Part shown: positions 28,120-32,000 of the stretch, piece after piece
Numbering within the stretch: the first letter of the stretch is position 1
Layout: every line of letters starts with the position of its first letter
Assembly: GCF_002743335.1 (NCBI RefSeq)
Contig: NZ_PDZB01000002.1
Span: forward strand, 104,205-136,204
DNA length: 32,000 nt
Origin: Sporosarcina sp. P32b
Lineage (GTDB): Bacteria > Bacillota > Bacilli > Bacillales_A > Planococcaceae
Direction: 5' to 3'
The notes under the pieces: generated by a model
The model's input: the letters and a program-made list of their open reading frames with translations, nothing else
What the model was told of the DNA's origin: nothing
The model's database searches: none
Position numbers and translations under genes: made by a program

Positions 28120-28152
28120 CCCGCCTGTAGTTTAAGGTGGGTTACTTTTTTT
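28116..28152 (+). terminator. Rho-independent terminator of the AI-2E transporter gene
   Basis: GTAACCCGCC (28116-28125) pairs with GGTGGGTTAC (28136-28145). T7 run at 28146-28152. Confidence 0.85.
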
Positions 28153-28159
28153 ATGAAGT

Positions 28160-28416
28160 TGTTGTGGGAGTATGAAAGTTCGGGATTTCATTGAAATGAA
28201 TGCTAGACGTGGTGATGCTTGAGATTTTTAAGTTCAAAATTATAGAGACTCGAAGGCTAATGAGCGGATATTGGTCTTGATAGAGCAGTTAAGTTAAAAG
28301 TATGAGCGATTACGGATCGTGATAGAGCGGTTGACGATGAACATAGGGCGGATACGCATGAACTATGAGCGCTTATACGAATGAATGAGCGAAACCCGTG
28401 CTGTCTTTCACTAGTT
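28160..28416 (+). repeat. Copy 3 of the 21-bp-phased AT(A)GAGCG element
   Basis: Boxes start at 28245 (GAGA), 28262, 28283, 28304, 28325, 28346 (GGGC variant), 28367 and 28387. Spacings are 17,21,21,21,21,21,20. The 17-bp first gap matches copy 1. Confidence 0.85.
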
Positions 28417-28444
28417 GCATAAAAACGATCAACCGTGTCTTCCC

Positions 28445-29398
28445 TTATACCGTCTCATGCAAAATAGTTCCTGTTCTCGTTAGGTCATAACCACCCATAG
28501 CAGCCAGTTGCTCTTTGAACGAAGTAGAATTCAGAGTCTCGATAATAAGTTCGCGTAACCTTTCATTTTCAGCCGTTTTGATCAACACTAAATCATATTG
28601 TTCCTGAATCAAGGGAATGAAGTCTACGTCGATCAGTCGGGCGGTTTTTTCAATTCCGACACCTACATCTGCGTGACCTGAAGCGATGCGTGACGCGACG
28701 GCCATATGATTTAGTTCCTCGTCGTCATAGCCAATGATAGAAGGGCTTGTAATGCCTGCGAGATGTAGTTGCTCATCCAGTAAAACACGAGCTCCTGAGC
28801 CTTTCTCGCGGTTCACAAGGCGGATACTTGGCTGTCCGAGGTCGGTCCAGTTTTGTAGTTGCTTCGGATTATTCTTTTGAACATACAGCCCGGCTTTCCT
28901 GCCAAGCAAGTGAATGACCATATAAGAGCGTCCGGTAAGTAGCCGCTTAATATACGGAAGATTGTATTCACCGGTTTCTCCATCAAATAAATGGGTACTG
29001 ACGATGTCAGCTTGTCCTTGATACATCTTGATCAAGCTATTCAAGCTACCAGAAAATGATCGCAACGGACGAAAGAGTCCCGATTCTTCTATATGACTGG
29101 CTATGATATCCAGGCTCAAATCCTGTCCACTAATGATGATTGGGTTGTCTGTCACGGATTCCGATGCATTGACGTGTGGAATTACGGAATTCGGATGCTT
29201 GTGCGCTGATTCGCCACCGCTTTTTAGTCGTTCTTTATACGCTGTTAAATCTACGGCATCAACACGCATTTGACGTCCCACACGATAGGCACGGATTTCT
29301 CCTTTTTTAATGATGTCATACACCGTTAATTTCGACACTTTCAATAATTGGGCGATTTCATCGGTCGTATAAGAAATATCATTTTCTAGATTTGTCAT
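28445..29398 (-). CDS. yvgK: YvgK-like putative molybdate-responsive regulator (excisionase/MerR-type HTH plus PBP-like domain)
   Basis: N-terminal HTH TTDEIAQLLKVSKLTVYDIIKKGEIRAYRVGRQMRV. The C-terminal ~230 aa look like a periplasmic-binding-protein-like domain. Divergent from modABC, as in the B. subtilis yvgK-yvgLM arrangement. Confidence 0.75.
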   Translation of the reverse strand: MTNLENDISYTTDEIAQLLKVSKLTVYDIIKKGEIRAYRVGRQMRVDAVDLTAYKERLKSGGESAHKHPNSVIPHVNASESVTDNPIIISGQDLSLDIIASHIEESGLFRPLRSFSGSLNSLIKMYQGQADIVSTHLFDGETGEYNLPYIKRLLTGRSYMVIHLLGRKAGLYVQKNNPKQLQNWTDLGQPSIRLVNREKGSGARVLLDEQLHLAGITSPSIIGYDDEELNHMAVASRIASGHADVGVGIEKTARLIDVDFIPLIQEQYDLVLIKTAENERLRELIIETLNSTSFKEQLAAMGGYDLTRTGTILHETV

Positions 29399-29457
29399 GT
29401 CTCAACCCTCCAAGAATAGTACATCTATCTTCTAACAACTTATCAATAATTGCAAAA

Positions 29458-29486
29458 TTGACAAGCTTTATAAAGCATAATATGAT
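29458..29486 (+). promoter_or_regulatory. Near-consensus sigma-A promoter of modABC
   Basis: TTGACA (29458-29463), 17-nt spacer, TATGAT (29481-29486). Confidence 0.65.
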
Positions 29487-29489
29487 GAT

Positions 29490-29529
29490 TCTAGATATAA
29501 CTAGTTATGTCTAGGCATATCTAGTTATA
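29490..29529 (+). promoter_or_regulatory. Tandem 20-bp direct repeat (candidate operator) at the modA transcription start
   Basis: TCTAGATATAACTAGTTATG (29490-29509) and TCTAGGCATATCTAGTTATA (29510-29529) are 16/20 identical. Each unit contains CTAG-N6-CTAG with TATA/ATAT cores. Confidence 0.55.
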
Positions 29530-29557
29530 AGTAATACGGAAGTAGGGATACTACAAA

Positions 29558-30355
29558 ATGAAACGTTTTCCACTTTCTACTTTGTTCATTTCACTAGCGA
29601 TTTTTCTGGTAGGATGTTCAAATACAAATGAAACCGAGAAGACAAGGGCAATTGAGCAGGAGAAACCTGAGACCGAACTAATCGTTTCTGCTGCAGCCAG
29701 TTTAACCGATGCATTGGAAGAGTTAAAAGGTCCTTTTGAAGAAGCGCATGAAGGTATAACCGTGACATACAACTTCGGAAGCTCTGGGAAATTGGCAACG
29801 ACTATTGAAAATGGTGCACCGTCTGACGTATTCTTGTCTGCTAGTTCACAAGATATGAATAATATGGAAGATAAGAGTTTAATCGTTAATGAATCAAGAA
29901 TTGACTTCGCAGAAAATGCACTCGTATTTATTACGCATAAAGATTCCGATAGTACAATTTCTTCTTTTGAAGACATAGATCCCGCAGCAATCGATCATAT
30001 AGCAGTTGGTGAGCCGGAATCAGTGCCGGTTGGTCGCTATACGAAAGAGACATTTGAACGCTTAGATCTCTGGGACCCTTTGCAAGACAAATTAGTTCTT
30101 GGCTCAGACGTGCGTCAAGTACTGACACATGTGGAAATGGGTAACGTAGATTACGGTGTAGTGTATTCCAGTGATGCATTCATTTCGGATAATGTAAAAG
30201 TATTGGCAGAAGCTACAGCTGATTGGCATGAGCCGATAGTGTATCCGGCAGCTGTCGTCGCTGAATCTAATAATCAAGAAGCCGCACAGCAATTTCTTGA
30301 TTATTTGACTGGCGACAAAGGGGAAAAAACGCTACAGAAGTTCGGATTTAAGTAA
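29558..30355 (+). CDS. modA: Molybdate ABC transporter substrate-binding lipoprotein
   Basis: Lipobox FLVGCS. AAASL...NFGSSG...SAS pattern typical of ModA. Followed by modB and modC. Confidence 0.9.
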   Translation: MKRFPLSTLFISLAIFLVGCSNTNETEKTRAIEQEKPETELIVSAAASLTDALEELKGPFEEAHEGITVTYNFGSSGKLATTIENGAPSDVFLSASSQDMNNMEDKSLIVNESRIDFAENALVFITHKDSDSTISSFEDIDPAAIDHIAVGEPESVPVGRYTKETFERLDLWDPLQDKLVLGSDVRQVLTHVEMGNVDYGVVYSSDAFISDNVKVLAEATADWHEPIVYPAAVVAESNNQEAAQQFLDYLTGDKGEKTLQKFGFK

Positions 30356-30371
30356 AGGAGGGGGAGACAGC

Positions 30372-31055
30372 TTGCTGGAAATGGATTATTCACCTTTATT
30401 ATTATCTTTGAAAGTAGCTGCTATCTCCACTTTCTTTGTTTTTGTAGCAGGGGTCTTCATTGCATATTTGCTTGCGAAGCGTGATTTTTTCGGGAAAAGC
30501 ATATTGGAAGCATTGTTTTTATTGCCTCTCGTACTACCACCCACCGTTGTCGGCTTCGGTTTACTCATTTTATTTGGCAAAAAAGGCTGGATCGGCAGTT
30601 GGTTGCTTGAATGGTTCGATTTCCAAATTGTCTTTACGTGGATCGGTGCTGTGATTGCTTCGATTGTCGTATCCTTTCCTTTAATGTATCAAAGCGCAGC
30701 GGCCGCATTTGAAAGTCTCGATGAACGATTATCGAATGCGGCGCGTACAATGGGCGCTTCGGAATCGCGTGTGTTCTGGTCAGTCGTATTCCCACTCGCT
30801 TGGCCAGGATTACTCGCAGGATTGGTGCTTTCATTCGCAAGAGGTCTTGGCGAATTCGGTGCGACTTTAATGCTTGCAGGATACATACCAGGTAAAACGG
30901 ATACGATTCCGATGGCGATTTATTTCGCGGTGGAGTCGGGACAGATGGAAAAAGCGACATTTTGGGTTGTTATGATCATTACATTCGGATTTAGTTTAAT
31001 TTTATGGGTGAACTGGTGGAGCAAGCGCAATATTAGGCGTTTTACGAAATCTTGA
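30372..31055 (+). CDS. modB: Molybdate ABC transporter permease
   Basis: Five to six TM segments. EAA loop ERLSNAARTMGASESRVFWSVVFPLAWPG. TTG at 30372 after AAGGAGG; the ATG at 30381 is an alternative start. Confidence 0.9.
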   Translation: MLEMDYSPLLLSLKVAAISTFFVFVAGVFIAYLLAKRDFFGKSILEALFLLPLVLPPTVVGFGLLILFGKKGWIGSWLLEWFDFQIVFTWIGAVIASIVVSFPLMYQSAAAAFESLDERLSNAARTMGASESRVFWSVVFPLAWPGLLAGLVLSFARGLGEFGATLMLAGYIPGKTDTIPMAIYFAVESGQMEKATFWVVMIITFGFSLILWVNWWSKRNIRRFTKS

Positions 31056-31073
31056 GTATAAGGGGGATTTGAC

Positions 31074-31742
31074 ATGCTGCATGTGGATATCAATACACAA
31101 CTCGCGCACTTTGAGATGAACATTCATTTTGAAATGTGCAATGAAATCATGGTGCTAGTCGGTCCATCGGGCTCCGGTAAAACGACGATTTTAAACTGTA
31201 TTGCAGGACTCGTACACCCAGATCACGGCCAGATTCTATCGAATGAACATACATTCTTTGAAACCGGCGAAAAACCGCTGCCTGCTCGTGATCGTCAAAT
31301 CGGTTACTTATTCCAAGACTATGCATTATTTCCGCATATGACGGTGGAGAAGAATATTTGGTTTGGCGTGAAAAAGAATGAGCGAAAAGAAAGTAATGAA
31401 ATGATTCACCAATTGCTTCAAGTTCTAGGGATTGAGCACTTACTGCAGAAGTATCCCCATCAGATTTCAGGCGGAGAAAAACAACGTGTAGCACTCGCTA
31501 GGGCACTTGCCACACAACCTTCCGTGTTATTGTTGGATGAACCGTTATCAGCCCTTGATACAGAAACGCGGAAACAGTGTCAAGACGAACTTTTACGATT
31601 ACATGACATGTGGAAAATTCCATTCATTATTGTGACTCATAATCTCGATGAAGCAGAACGCCTCGGTAATCGTATTATTTTCCTCGATCAAGGACAAATA
31701 ACGGATGAAAAGTGGAAAAGATATGTAGTTTCAACGTATTAA
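31074..31742 (+). CDS. modC: Molybdate ABC transporter ATP-binding protein (short form, no C-terminal TOBE domain)
   Basis: Walker A GPSGSGKTT, Q-loop, signature ISGGEKQRVALARAL, Walker B LLLDEPLSALD. Only 222 aa. Confidence 0.85.
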   Translation: MLHVDINTQLAHFEMNIHFEMCNEIMVLVGPSGSGKTTILNCIAGLVHPDHGQILSNEHTFFETGEKPLPARDRQIGYLFQDYALFPHMTVEKNIWFGVKKNERKESNEMIHQLLQVLGIEHLLQKYPHQISGGEKQRVALARALATQPSVLLLDEPLSALDTETRKQCQDELLRLHDMWKIPFIIVTHNLDEAERLGNRIIFLDQGQITDEKWKRYVVSTY

Positions 31743-31752
31743 AACGTACTAG

Positions 31753-31779
31753 GCTCCGATTTCATATCAGAGCTTTTTT
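31753..31779 (+). terminator. Rho-independent terminator of modABC
   Basis: GCTCCGAT pairs with ATCAGAGC (7/8), followed by a T6 run at 31773-31778. Confidence 0.7.
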
Positions 31780-31867
31780 ATTTTTTGTGTAATCGAAATA
31801 GAACAGCTATAATTCATAGTAACCGACAATACAGTAACGGGTTTACGAGTAGATAGGAGCTAAAATC

Positions 31868-32000
31868 ATGGGCAAGCAACTAAATGACCGGAAAGCACAG
31901 CATATTCAAATTGTGCTGGATGAACATGTGACGGGAAATGCGATAACAACAGGTTTGGAGCAGTATGATTTTCTACATAATGCCTTACCAGAATTATCAT
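31868..32000 (+). CDS. fni: Type 2 isopentenyl-diphosphate delta-isomerase, 5' partial (runs off the window)
   Basis: My own translation from the ATG at 31868 (AGGAG upstream) gives MGKQLNDRKAQHIQIVLDEHVTGNAITTGLEQYDFLHNALPELS. The RKxxHI...F(V/L)HxxLPE pattern matches Fni N-termini. Not in the ORF track because it is truncated. Confidence 0.55.
   Translation, partial: MGKQLNDRKAQHIQIVLDEHVTGNAITTGLEQYDFLHNALPELS

Noticed and set aside
29487-29557. Possible molybdenum-cofactor (Moco) riboswitch in the modA leader.
   Set aside because: The predicted leader is only about 65 nt, too short for the ~130-nt Moco motif. It shows no extended conserved stems, only the tandem DNA repeats.
1-32000. 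Search for a defence island, prophage, integrative element, toxin-antitoxin pair or biosynthetic cluster across the whole window.
   Set aside because: No integrase, transposase, recombinase, nuclease/helicase/methylase pair, phage structural gene, tRNA attachment site or tailoring-enzyme cluster is present. Apart from the left 840 bp, composition and gene content are those of a conserved core chromosome.

Overview
This window reads as a mostly housekeeping chromosomal segment from a Bacillales Firmicute. Gene order resembles the B. subtilis ypk/ypl/ypm/ypp and odhAB neighbourhoods, and G+C looks mid-40s % by eye. I support about 32 protein genes: thyA-dfrA, a hemolysin-III protein, DegV, ypmR/ypmS-like genes, msrA-msrB, YozE-like, deoD, an S41 protease, a COG0523 GTPase, a CAP-domain protein, a MATE pump, a MurG paralogue, odhA-odhB, xpaC-telA, a cold-shock protein, a PadR-like regulator, a YbiT-type ABC-F ATPase, an MFS transporter, an LCP enzyme, an AI-2E transporter, a YvgK-like regulator with modABC, and the 5' end of a type-2 IPP isomerase gene. 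I see no rRNA, tRNA, CRISPR array, transposase, integrase, prophage or recognisable defence system. The most unusual signal is non-coding. Three dispersed copies (10728-10990, 18258-18456 inverted, 28160-28416) of a ~200-260 bp element each carry 7-8 AT(A)GAGCG boxes phased at 20-21 bp. Each copy lies between the terminators of a convergent gene pair, and I cannot match the element to a named repeat family. Secondary curiosities are an AT-rich orphan membrane/coiled-coil gene at the left edge, a csp leader with an 18-bp terminator-like hairpin bracketed by 10-nt direct repeats, and a tandem 20-bp operator-like repeat just downstream of the modA promoter. All functional calls rest on motif recognition by eye; no database search was possible.
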